Assembly: GCA_021852055.1 (NCBI GenBank)
Contig: JAJZOD010000009.1
Coordinates: forward strand, 35,438-99,437
From: Candidatus Micrarchaeota archaeon
GTDB lineage: Archaea > Micrarchaeota > Micrarchaeia > Micrarchaeales > CABMGC01
DNA length: 64,000 nucleotides
Direction: 5' to 3'
Shown here: positions 46,623 through 54,646 of the stretch, piece by piece
How positions within the stretch are numbered: the first letter of the stretch is position 1
Layout: every line of letters starts with the position of its first letter
Translations under genes and position numbers: made by a program
Notes under the pieces: model-generated
What the model saw: the letters and a program-made list of their open reading frames with translations, nothing else
Databases searched by the model: none
Told to the model about the DNA's origin: nothing

Positions 46623-47486
46623 ATGTCCAAAGAGCGAGGTTTTCCAAAACATCCCGGTAGCTCTCTGTCGAGCGTAGCCAAAATAGAATCCCCTCAACAT
46701 ATAGGAGCAGAACAGGGCAGTTTCCCTGCTTATACGCACCGCCTCTTATTACAGAGCTTCCTGCTTGGGCTTGTACCTCCTATTGTTCTGTTAGCTGCAA
46801 TCATCCTAAAAAGCCTAACTCTACTGACCTACACGCATGTCATGTCGGCAGTGATGTGGACTGGTTTTGACCTCTTCATGGCCCTAATACTCGGGCGGGT
46901 GCTCAGGTCGCTTGACATAGCGGGCAGGGTAGAAGTGGCCAAAAGGCTCACTCCATCTACCTTCTTCATATTGCCTTCCCTTGCCGCAACTACCATAACT
47001 GCGGGCATATATCTCGCAATGTCACTTGGAGTTTTTAATCTTTCGTACCTCTGGATAGTGGCTGCATTGTTAATAGTCACCATATTGACTGTCCAGGGCT
47101 TCGTCATTCTCATGCCGAACAGTATGAGAATCTTCATAGAGCTAGCTAAGCCGGATCCTAGCAAAGAGAGGATAGCGAAGCTCAACGGCATAAACATAAG
47201 GCTTGCTGGTGTCCAGGGGGTATTCCAGATTGTGATAATCTTCATAATGGTGAACATCTCCAATCTTCCTGGCGCCGCAGCGCAACTGAACCTTCCAATG
47301 ATCTTCTACTCTCTCATCGCTTTCGCTGCGCTGTTCTTGGGCGTGTACTTATTCATATATCGCGGCGCGCTGGCGGACTATAAGCGGGGTGAGCTGAACG
47401 AAAAGGCAATCAGCACGCTCAGGTTTGGATTATACGGCCATATAATCATATTTCTTATATTGGGGCTTACATTACTGTTCGCATAA
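46623..47486 (+). CDS. polytopic membrane protein, function unknown
   Basis: About 7 hydrophobic helices. Start uncertain (TTG at 46599 directly after the upstream stop, first ATG at 46623). Confidence 0.4.
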   Translation: MSKERGFPKHPGSSLSSVAKIESPQHIGAEQGSFPAYTHRLLLQSFLLGLVPPIVLLAAIILKSLTLLTYTHVMSAVMWTGFDLFMALILGRVLRSLDIAGRVEVAKRLTPSTFFILPSLAATTITAGIYLAMSLGVFNLSYLWIVAALLIVTILTVQGFVILMPNSMRIFIELAKPDPSKERIAKLNGINIRLAGVQGVFQIVIIFIMVNISNLPGAAAQLNLPMIFYSLIAFAALFLGVYLFIYRGALADYKRGELNEKAISTLRFGLYGHIIIFLILGLTLLFA

Positions 47487-47597
47487 CCTTATGCGAGGTT
47501 CAAGGTTCAGATCTGCCTGAAATCTGAACGCTAGCTGCTTATATACCCTGCTCGGCCATTGTTCATGGTTCAGATGAACCTGCTTTGGTTTAAGATT

Positions 47598-47707
47598 TTA
47601 TGTTGTTTTTGGTGTGAAATATGGCTAGGAATATCGGCGTGATACAGCTAGGAAACACTCTCAAACCCCTATCGGGTGCGAGAGTTCAAATCTCTCCCCC
47701 TGCACCA
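47598..47707 (+). repeat. 110-nt direct repeat (arm plus att-like copy 4 at 47674-47707)
   Basis: See 43565-43674. It is followed by TTTA, as is the tRNA-proximal copy. Confidence 0.9.
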
Positions 47708-47814
47708 TTTAAACTCTCTCCGTGCTCTAATAAGCAAAAGCTTTAAAGCTGTCATTGAATTATTGAATGAAAGGACTGTGGCAAGTCTCGTATCCGCTTT
47801 ATGCAATAATGCAG

Positions 47815-49071
47815 CTATTTATTTTCAAGCCTGAGAACCTTCCTCACTTTTTGTATGGCTACTATAGCTGTGTCTATGTCCTCCTTCCTCGTGTACAAAT
47901 AAAAGCTCATCCTGGCTACTGAAGGTTCGCCAATTATCTCGTTTACCAAAGGCATTGCGCAGTGGTGTCCTGCGCGTATGGCTACGCCTTCGCTGTTGAA
48001 TATCTCAGCAACATCATGCGAATGTGCTCCCTTGATGTTGAATGATATCACACCTGCCCTATTGTTCTCGTCAATGTCTTTTCTCCGTATGCCATAAGTT
48101 ATGACTCCCTGCTCCTCCTCCAAAAGTTTCAGGGCATACCTCGTCATGTCAATCTCATGCTTTCTTATATTTTTGACCCCGATTCTATTGATATATTCAA
48201 CAGCTGTACCAAGGCCTATCCCGCCTTCTACATTTGATGTGCCGGCTTCGAACTTCCAGGGAAGTTCGTTCCATGTGCAGCCATCGAACTTTACGCTGCG
48301 TATCATATCCCCTCCGCCATATATTGGTTCCATTTGCTCGAGAAGCTCTTCTTTACCGTATAGCACGCCAATACCTGCAGGACCAAGCATTTTGTGAGAA
48401 GAGAATGCCATAAAATCGCATCCTATGCTTTTAACGTCGACTTGCATATGCGGCACAGATTGGGCTGCATCAACAACAACAACTGCTCCAGTGTCATGGG
48501 CCATCTTAGTCAGCTTTCGAACATCATTTATGGTTCCGAGGACGTTTGAAACATGCGTGAAGGCTACAAGCTTTGGATGTTTCTCAAGCCTTTTTTTATA
48601 ATCTTCCAGATTTAAAGTGGCCTGATCTGCAAGTTTTATGTATTCTACCTTTGCGCCCTTTCTTTTTGCAAGCATCTGCCACGGCACTATATTGCTGTGG
48701 TGTTCCATCTGTGTTATAAGCACAGTGTCTCCCTTGGAAATATTACGCTCAGCCCAAGACAGACCTACTAAGTTTATTGACTCTGTGGTGTTCCTTGTGT
48801 ATATAACTTCATTGTATGATGGTGCGTTTATCAACTTTGCAACTAACTCCTTGGATCTTATGTATGCATCCGTAGCCTTCGCTGATATATCATAAAGGCC
48901 CCGGTGTATGTTTGCATTATATGTCCTGTAATAATCAGATACTGCATTTATCACACTTTCAGGTTTCTGTGATGTAGCGGCGCTGTCCAGATACACGAGT
49001 CGCTTCCCTCCTCTTGTAGTTGTCGACAAGATAAGAAAGTCTTTTATTATGCTTTCCACGTCCAGTGCCAT
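47815..49071 (-). CDS. sufS: cysteine desulfurase SufS (class V aminotransferase)
   Basis: LVYLDSAATSQKP, SSHKMLGPAGIGVLY (PLP lysine), RAGHHCAMPL (active-site Cys loop). Start placed at MALDVESIIKDF; the longest ORF start at 49170 would overlap the upstream small ORF. Confidence 0.85.
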   Translation of the reverse strand: MALDVESIIKDFLILSTTTRGGKRLVYLDSAATSQKPESVINAVSDYYRTYNANIHRGLYDISAKATDAYIRSKELVAKLINAPSYNEVIYTRNTTESINLVGLSWAERNISKGDTVLITQMEHHSNIVPWQMLAKRKGAKVEYIKLADQATLNLEDYKKRLEKHPKLVAFTHVSNVLGTINDVRKLTKMAHDTGAVVVVDAAQSVPHMQVDVKSIGCDFMAFSSHKMLGPAGIGVLYGKEELLEQMEPIYGGGDMIRSVKFDGCTWNELPWKFEAGTSNVEGGIGLGTAVEYINRIGVKNIRKHEIDMTRYALKLLEEEQGVITYGIRRKDIDENNRAGVISFNIKGAHSHDVAEIFNSEGVAIRAGHHCAMPLVNEIIGEPSVARMSFYLYTRKEDIDTAIVAIQKVRKVLRLENK

Positions 49072-49078
49072 ACCTCCA

Positions 49079-49306
49079 CTACCAAACATTTTTGAACTCT
49101 TTGAATTTCCGTTTCTGCTTCGGAGCACGTTTGTAGGTTTTTTTGGCATCTTTGTTAATGTCATTGTCAATACTGCTTACTTTCTTTACGGTGCTCTTCT
49201 GTTGCCCTATGGCAATTTTATGCTGGTCCATAGCCTTCTTTTTTTCTATGGCAAAAAGACGCCTCCCCTCCTTTTCCCAGATTCTCTTAAATTCCTTATT
49301 CTGCAT
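49079..49306 (-). CDS. small Lys-rich hypothetical protein between sufC and sufS
   Basis: 75-aa ORF that fits the gap exactly. No recognisable motif. It could be non-coding. Confidence 0.25.
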   Translation of the reverse strand: MQNKEFKRIWEKEGRRLFAIEKKKAMDQHKIAIGQQKSTVKKVSSIDNDINKDAKKTYKRAPKQKRKFKEFKNVW

Positions 49307-49340
49307 TTTTCACACCGTAATTATATGGGCGCACTGCCTA

Positions 49341-50066
49341 TTATACGTTATACCCGCTCTCCTCAACTTCGCGTATGAGCTCTTTGCCTCCTTCCTTCAC
49401 AATTTTCCCGTCTTTCATTACATGAATAAACTCTGGTTGCATGTAATTAAGTATCCTGCTGTAGTGTGTTATCACAATCAGGCCCATATTCATATCCTGC
49501 CTCATGGATTCGACATTTTTTGCAACTATGCGTATTGCATCTACATCGAGTCCAGAGTCAGGCTCGTCGAGTATGGCTATCTTCGGCTTAAGGACACGCA
49601 TCTGTAGTATCTCAACCTTTTTCTTCTCTCCTCCAGAAAATCCATGATTCAGGGACCTCCCTATCAGCTCATCTTTCAGCTCTAATGCTGCCGAAGTGCT
49701 CTTTACTTCGCTCATGAACTCCTTAAACTGTAGTGGCTTGTTGGTTATTGCACCTCTTGCAGTATTAAGAAAGTTAAGCAGTCCAAGACCTTCTATCTCT
49801 ATCGGGTTCTGAAACTGCAAAAACAGCCCCAGCTTCGCACGCTCATTAACCTTCATGCCGACTATGCTCTTGTTGTCTAAAAGTATATCTCCTGATGTTA
49901 TTTTAAGCTGCGGATGCCCCATTATTGCCTTGGCTAGGGTTGTCTTGCCTGATCCGTTGGGACCCATTATTACGTGAAGCTCACCCTCATTTATGACCAA
50001 GTCCACGCCGTTTACAACCTCTTTGTCGTCAATAGACACATGCAGATTTTTTATCTCAAGTTTCAT
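49341..50066 (-). CDS. sufC: Fe-S cluster assembly ATPase SufC
   Basis: Walker A GPNGSGKTTL, ABC signature FSGGEKKK, Walker B ILDEPDSGLD. Confidence 0.9.
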   Translation of the reverse strand: MKLEIKNLHVSIDDKEVVNGVDLVINEGELHVIMGPNGSGKTTLAKAIMGHPQLKITSGDILLDNKSIVGMKVNERAKLGLFLQFQNPIEIEGLGLLNFLNTARGAITNKPLQFKEFMSEVKSTSAALELKDELIGRSLNHGFSGGEKKKVEILQMRVLKPKIAILDEPDSGLDVDAIRIVAKNVESMRQDMNMGLIVITHYSRILNYMQPEFIHVMKDGKIVKEGGKELIREVEESGYNV

Positions 50067-50070
50067 GGCC

Positions 50071-51327
50071 TCACTTATTTGCAGTTGATGTCATCCATAT
50101 GCCTTTCGGAGTTACTGTATTTATGACTCCAAAGTCATCGTTTTCTATTCTACTTAGTATAACTGATGATGCAATCTCCTTTGCCGAAGGATTCTGTATA
50201 TTTGACAGATATCTTGTTATGAACGAAGCAACAAACATCTTGCGTGCCTGTGTTTCTGGTATGCCTCTGGATTCCATATAAAACAGTGCCTCTTTGTCTA
50301 TAGGAGATGTAGCCGCACTATGTGTTGCAGATACCTCATTGCTGTAATCTATTGACATGTCCGGCAGAGCATCTACATGCGCCTTGTCGTTTAGTACTAT
50401 GCCCCTTTGGTTTACCCTGGAAAATGCCCCTCTGGTGAGCCTTTCAACCTTTGCATAGCCTTTCAGAAGGCAGTACGAACCGCCGTCAAGAATTGCACCG
50501 GTTTCAAGCCGTGTATAACTACGTTCCTTTGAATTAATCACATACGTGTTTATGTCAAACTTCTGTTCCCTTGTGCCATAAATCGTTTCTGCTGCATTTA
50601 TTCTGCTTGACTTGCCTTGTGTGTCAAAAAAACCAACGCTTTTGGTAATGCCAGAGCCGTTATAAATGAAATTCAGGTTTATCTCAGAATTCTCTTCAAT
50701 TATGCCTTTTGAGAGATTAAGCAGCTGCGATTGCGCATTGCCGTCATTAAGCATTGTAAACTCCATTTTTGAATCCTTATGTACTGAAAATTCCTGAAGC
50801 GGAGAAACAAGCGCACCTGTCCCTGGGAGCGAAGCATAAAGCTCAAATACATCCAAAAATGCGCCTTCGCCTATGTCAAAAAACACCTGAAATACTAAAT
50901 TATCCTCATTTATTACCATAATGGAAAGTTTCTTTGAAGTTTTCTTCTCAATCTTTACAAAAACGACGTCTCGAGAATTGGCATTAACATACGCCACAAG
51001 TTTGTTGTCAGTGTTCTTGAATATCTTCCCTCTAAGCTCACTTTCAGAGAGGGAATCCATGCGTTTTATGCTGACTATGCCGGAGCTGTTCCTAACGAAT
51101 GAATTAGAGATCACAACATCAAACTTCTTGTTAGTCCTCTCTTCAATGTAATTTGCATATGCCTCCACTTCTTTGCGCCTCCCGGAGCTCCTTGCTGCAT
51201 CAAGATCGGTTTCGCTAGGAAGGTGTACCTCTACAAAATATTTCTTGTAAAGATCATTTAGTTCGTACGGAAGCGTATCGTACTGCTGCAATGCATCCCT
51301 TCTAAATTCATCGTATGCTTCTGACAA
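50071..51327 (-). CDS. sufD: Fe-S cluster assembly protein SufD (SufB/D family)
   Basis: The C-terminal beta-helix region with HSAATSPIDKEALFYMESRGIPETQARKMFV is typical of the SufB/SufD family. It lacks the SufB N-terminal region. Confidence 0.75.
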   Translation of the reverse strand: MSEAYDEFRRDALQQYDTLPYELNDLYKKYFVEVHLPSETDLDAARSSGRRKEVEAYANYIEERTNKKFDVVISNSFVRNSSGIVSIKRMDSLSESELRGKIFKNTDNKLVAYVNANSRDVVFVKIEKKTSKKLSIMVINEDNLVFQVFFDIGEGAFLDVFELYASLPGTGALVSPLQEFSVHKDSKMEFTMLNDGNAQSQLLNLSKGIIEENSEINLNFIYNGSGITKSVGFFDTQGKSSRINAAETIYGTREQKFDINTYVINSKERSYTRLETGAILDGGSYCLLKGYAKVERLTRGAFSRVNQRGIVLNDKAHVDALPDMSIDYSNEVSATHSAATSPIDKEALFYMESRGIPETQARKMFVASFITRYLSNIQNPSAKEIASSVILSRIENDDFGVINTVTPKGIWMTSTANK

Positions 51328-51346
51328 AAAATTACCACTGGTGCGA

Positions 51347-52753
51347 TCAACCGACGCTGCCTGCTGTGTCGAGTTTTATTAACCTTTTCAGCTCAAGCGA
51401 GTACTCCATGGGAAGTACCTTTGTGAGGTCATCTATAAATCCCAGGACTATCATTGCAACTGCATCCTCTTCACTTATACCTCTGGACATCAAATAAAAT
51501 ATCATATCGTCGCTTATCTTGCCTATTTTCGCCTCATGGCTTATTATGGCGTCGCTTCTGTTTATCTGATTGTACGGATATGTATTTGTCTTGGCGAATC
51601 CGTCAAGAAGCATGGCATCGCAAGATACGTGTGCCTTGGCATCGGCTGCGTTCTTAGCAACATGCAGAAGCCCGCGGAAAGTGCTTACTCCACTGCCCTT
51701 CGAAACACTCTTGGATATTATTTTAGATGTAGTATTTGATGCGAGATGGTATATCTTCCCACCAGAATCCTGAACTTGGCCTTCTCCTGCAACTGCTATT
51801 GAGAGCACTTCGCCGCTTGCGCCTTTTCCCATTAAATATATGCTTGGATATTTCATATTGATTTTGCTTCCAATATTCGCATCTATCCATTCAACTCTTG
51901 CGTTTTCGTGTGCATGCGCTCTTTGTGTGACCAGATTATACACATTCTTAGACCAGTTTTGTATTGTAACATATCGTATGTGCGCGCCCTTCAATGCAAC
52001 AAGTTCGACTATGGCTGAGTGAAGCGAGTTTGTAGCATAAACCGGTGCAGTGCAGCCCTCTATGTACGTAACGTCGGCACCTTCATCAGCTATTATAAGT
52101 GTGCGTTCAAACTGCCCAGATTTCTCTGCGTTTATCCTAAAGTAAGCATTTAGCGGCATAGTTGCCTTGACACCTTTTGGTATATAAATAAATGATCCGC
52201 CTGACCATGTGGCCGTGTTAAGTGCAGCGAACTTGTTGTCGGTAGCTGGTATCACCGTTCCGAAATATTTCTTAACGAGCTCAGGGTATTTCTTCACTGC
52301 AGTGTCTGTATCTACAAATATAATGCCCTGTCTCTCAAGCTCCTTGTTGACATGCGAGTAAACTACAGAAGAATCAAACTGCGATTCGGCTCCTGCAAAG
52401 AACTTGCGCTCTGCTTCAGGAACTCCGAGCTTATCAAACGTGTTTTTAATATCGGCAGGGACATCCTCCCAACGAGCAGCTTTGACATGTTTTGGATTTC
52501 TGTAGTACCATATATCATCAAAATTTATGCCGCTTAAGTCTGCGCCCCACTTGGGCATGGGCTTGCTATAAAAAATCTTCAGTGCTGTGAGTCTCTTGTC
52601 CAGCATCCATTCCGGTTCGCTCTTTATGCCTGATATTTTTCTGATTATATCCTCAGAGAGCCCCTTTTCAAAGTCGTCATATTCGACATTAACATTAAAG
52701 CCGTAACGTTCCTTGTATTCTGCTGACTGTATAACCTCCTCCCTCTCCTCCAT
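51347..52753 (-). CDS. sufB: Fe-S cluster assembly scaffold SufB
   Basis: IEGCTAPVY, VTIQNWS, HEAKIGKISDDMIFYLMSRGISEEDA. First ATG at 52753; a GTG lies at 52762. Confidence 0.9.
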   Translation of the reverse strand: MEEREEVIQSAEYKERYGFNVNVEYDDFEKGLSEDIIRKISGIKSEPEWMLDKRLTALKIFYSKPMPKWGADLSGINFDDIWYYRNPKHVKAARWEDVPADIKNTFDKLGVPEAERKFFAGAESQFDSSVVYSHVNKELERQGIIFVDTDTAVKKYPELVKKYFGTVIPATDNKFAALNTATWSGGSFIYIPKGVKATMPLNAYFRINAEKSGQFERTLIIADEGADVTYIEGCTAPVYATNSLHSAIVELVALKGAHIRYVTIQNWSKNVYNLVTQRAHAHENARVEWIDANIGSKINMKYPSIYLMGKGASGEVLSIAVAGEGQVQDSGGKIYHLASNTTSKIISKSVSKGSGVSTFRGLLHVAKNAADAKAHVSCDAMLLDGFAKTNTYPYNQINRSDAIISHEAKIGKISDDMIFYLMSRGISEEDAVAMIVLGFIDDLTKVLPMEYSLELKRLIKLDTAGSVG

Positions 52754-52761
52754 AAAAATCA

Positions 52762-53103
52762 CTACACTGATGTTTTTGACTCAGCCTTTGAAAAGCTGCA
52801 TCCAAAACTGTTAAGCTTATTGCATATAGTGCATATGCATACGTTTGCCATCTCTTTGTTTCCGGCCGCTATCTTCTCCGCATATGCATCCACTATTCCT
52901 GCATCTATTCCGTCTCCTATACTCTTTATCTTGTCGGAGAACTTTCCGTTGATGTACTTGCTTATTGCAGCCTGTGTCATACCCAGGCTGTCAGCTATCT
53001 CTTCCTCTTTTTGGCTATACTTCGAGTTGAGGGTCTTTATTAAAGCATACCTGACTGCTGGTATTATCTCCTTCGTTGCCCTTTCATATCCGCTAGCCAT
53101 CAA
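52762..53103 (-). CDS. HTH regulator with a C-terminal C-x-C-x2-C-x7-C cluster, first gene of the suf cluster
   Basis: EEEIADSLGMTQAAISKYINGK HTH, then VCICTICNKLNSFGC. Its stop is 8 nt before the sufB ATG. Confidence 0.55.
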   Translation of the reverse strand: MMASGYERATKEIIPAVRYALIKTLNSKYSQKEEEIADSLGMTQAAISKYINGKFSDKIKSIGDGIDAGIVDAYAEKIAAGNKEMANVCICTICNKLNSFGCSFSKAESKTSV

Positions 53104-53342
53104 ACTCCCTATAACTCGGTTATAATATAACCGGCAATGTTTATATAACTATTCAATGCTGCTGCATGTTTTCGGTTATGCAACAAAACCTGAATCTGAA
53201 ACTTGAAACATACGGTAACTGATAACCGGTCACGAATCAATCTGCGGTTTCTGATGCTCCATAAAATCTACTAAAGTAATTTATAAATGCATAGCGGGAA
53301 AACTCCTATCTTTTAGACCGACATGATTGATTTCTCCTCCTA

Positions 53343-53398
53343 GCACCTGACACCGCAACAAGTCAGATAATGTTGCGGTGTGATGTATAAACAGGTGC
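53343..53398 (+). promoter_or_regulatory. two-tier hairpin that sequesters the Shine-Dalgarno-like AGGTG of the IS110 transposase
   Basis: Outer stem GCACCTG (53343-53349) / CAGGTGC (53392-53398). Inner perfect 11-bp stem ACACCGCAACA (53350-53360) / TGTTGCGGTGT (53371-53381). It ends 4 nt before the ATG at 53403. Confidence 0.45.
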
Positions 53399-53402
53399 AA
53401 AC

Positions 53403-54380
53403 ATGGAAATAGCAATAGACCTTGGAAAGTGGAAGAGTTACGTTGTCATGGAAGACAACGACAGAGTGGTAAAGGAAGGGTATACCGAGACCACAAAGGA
53501 CAGGTTCTCTACCTTTTTCGGAAAAGTGGATAATCCGAAAATAATAGTTGAGGCAAGCAGTACCATAAACAGAATTGCCAACATCTTTGAAGGATACGAC
53601 ATCACGGTAGCGCATCCTGCAAAAGTCAAACTTATTGCACAGTCTGTAAAGAAGACAGACAAAGTTGACGCGCATACGATAATGGATCTGTACAAAAAGG
53701 ACTATCTTCCGAAGTCTTATCTGCCGTCAAAGAAGATAAGGGATATGAGAGACATCTGTAGATAGAGGTCTTTTCTGGTAGGGCAGAGAACTGCAATCAA
53801 GAACAAGATACGTTACCAGTCATATTGCCTCGGAATAGAATTTAAGACCTGGACAAAAAGAAACATAAAAATGCTGAAGGAAGAACCAAAACTGATGCTC
53901 CTGATGGCACAACTTGAATCAACTACTCATATAATAACCGAATATGAACGTATGATAAAAGACGCGGCAGGGGAAGACGCTAATGCAAGACTGATAGACA
54001 CAATACCAGGAATCGGAAAAGTAAGTGCATTGATCATTGCATCTGAAATAGGAGATGTAAATCGTTTCCCGTCGGAGAAAAACATCTTCGCGTACACAGG
54101 ACTGGTGCCTAAAATATACCAATCTGGCAATAAGGAATGGAAGGGTCACATTACAAAAGGCAATGGCTTCCTGAAATGGACATTGGTAGAATGTGTAGGG
54201 ATACACATAATGAACTCCGCGGATTCGCCTATAACTGTAGCCTATGAACGTATACGAGAGAGAAGAGGAAACAAAAAGGCAAAGATTGCAGCCGCAAGGC
54301 ATATGCTGCGGGCAATTTATTATATGCTCAAACGGAATCAGAATTTTGATTCCTATTTGGGAGGCAGGAGGATGCGTTGA
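53403..54380 (+). pseudogene. IS110-family (DEDD) transposase interrupted by one in-frame TAG at 53763-53765
   Basis: The N-part has IAIDLGK, VEASS and KTDKVDA. The C-part has IPGIGKVSALIIASEIGDVNRF. Both ORFs (53403.. and ..54380) share one frame: ...RDMRDICR*RSFLVGQRTAIKNKIRYQ... Confidence 0.8.
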
Positions 54381-54646
54381 TCCTATCGTGTTGCGATGCA
54401 ACGTCTTTTAGACTAACGCCCTCCTGCCCTAATGAAAGTCAGAATATCGCACTGCGATGGATAGTAGAGCATTGAGAAAATATTAAAAGATGGATGGTAA
54501 TAAATGATTACAACCCAACAATATCTGGCCTATTGCAGTTTGAGTATTAGGTCGGAGAAATCCATTTGTCGTGAGAACCTTAATTCAGGACAATACAAAG
54601 CGAATGTAGAAACAAAAAGTATATAACTCTTAATAGTATAATAAAC

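Larger units (their letters stand above)
43675..47707. mobile_element. island segment 3 (4.0 kb)
   Basis: Bounded by att-like copies 3 and 4. The cargo is a second AbiEi/AbiEii pair, a secreted beta-helix protein and a membrane protein. No recombinase. Confidence 0.5.
53319..54571 (+). mobile_element. IS110-family insertion sequence (ends tentative)
   Basis: Transposase ORF flanked by an imperfect inverted repeat, CGACATGATTGATTTCTCC (53319-53337) versus GGAGAAATCCATTTGTCG (54554-54571). A 10-nt direct repeat TCTTTTAGAC lies at 53309-53318 and 54404-54413. Confidence 0.5.

Noticed and set aside
39783-47707. Search for an integrase/recombinase, cas genes or viral structural genes inside the tRNA-Leu islands
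   Set aside because: No ORF shows tyrosine or serine recombinase motifs (R..H-x-x-R..Y) or a capsid or terminase pattern. Only the short frame across att is suggestive, and it is reported with caveats.
53763-53765. In-frame TAG of the IS110 transposase as a pyrrolysine or other recoded codon
   Set aside because: TAG terminates several well-defined genes in this window (hicB, tnpB copy 1, the GT4 gene, the suf regulator). No pyl genes are present in the window. A nonsense mutation is more parsimonious.
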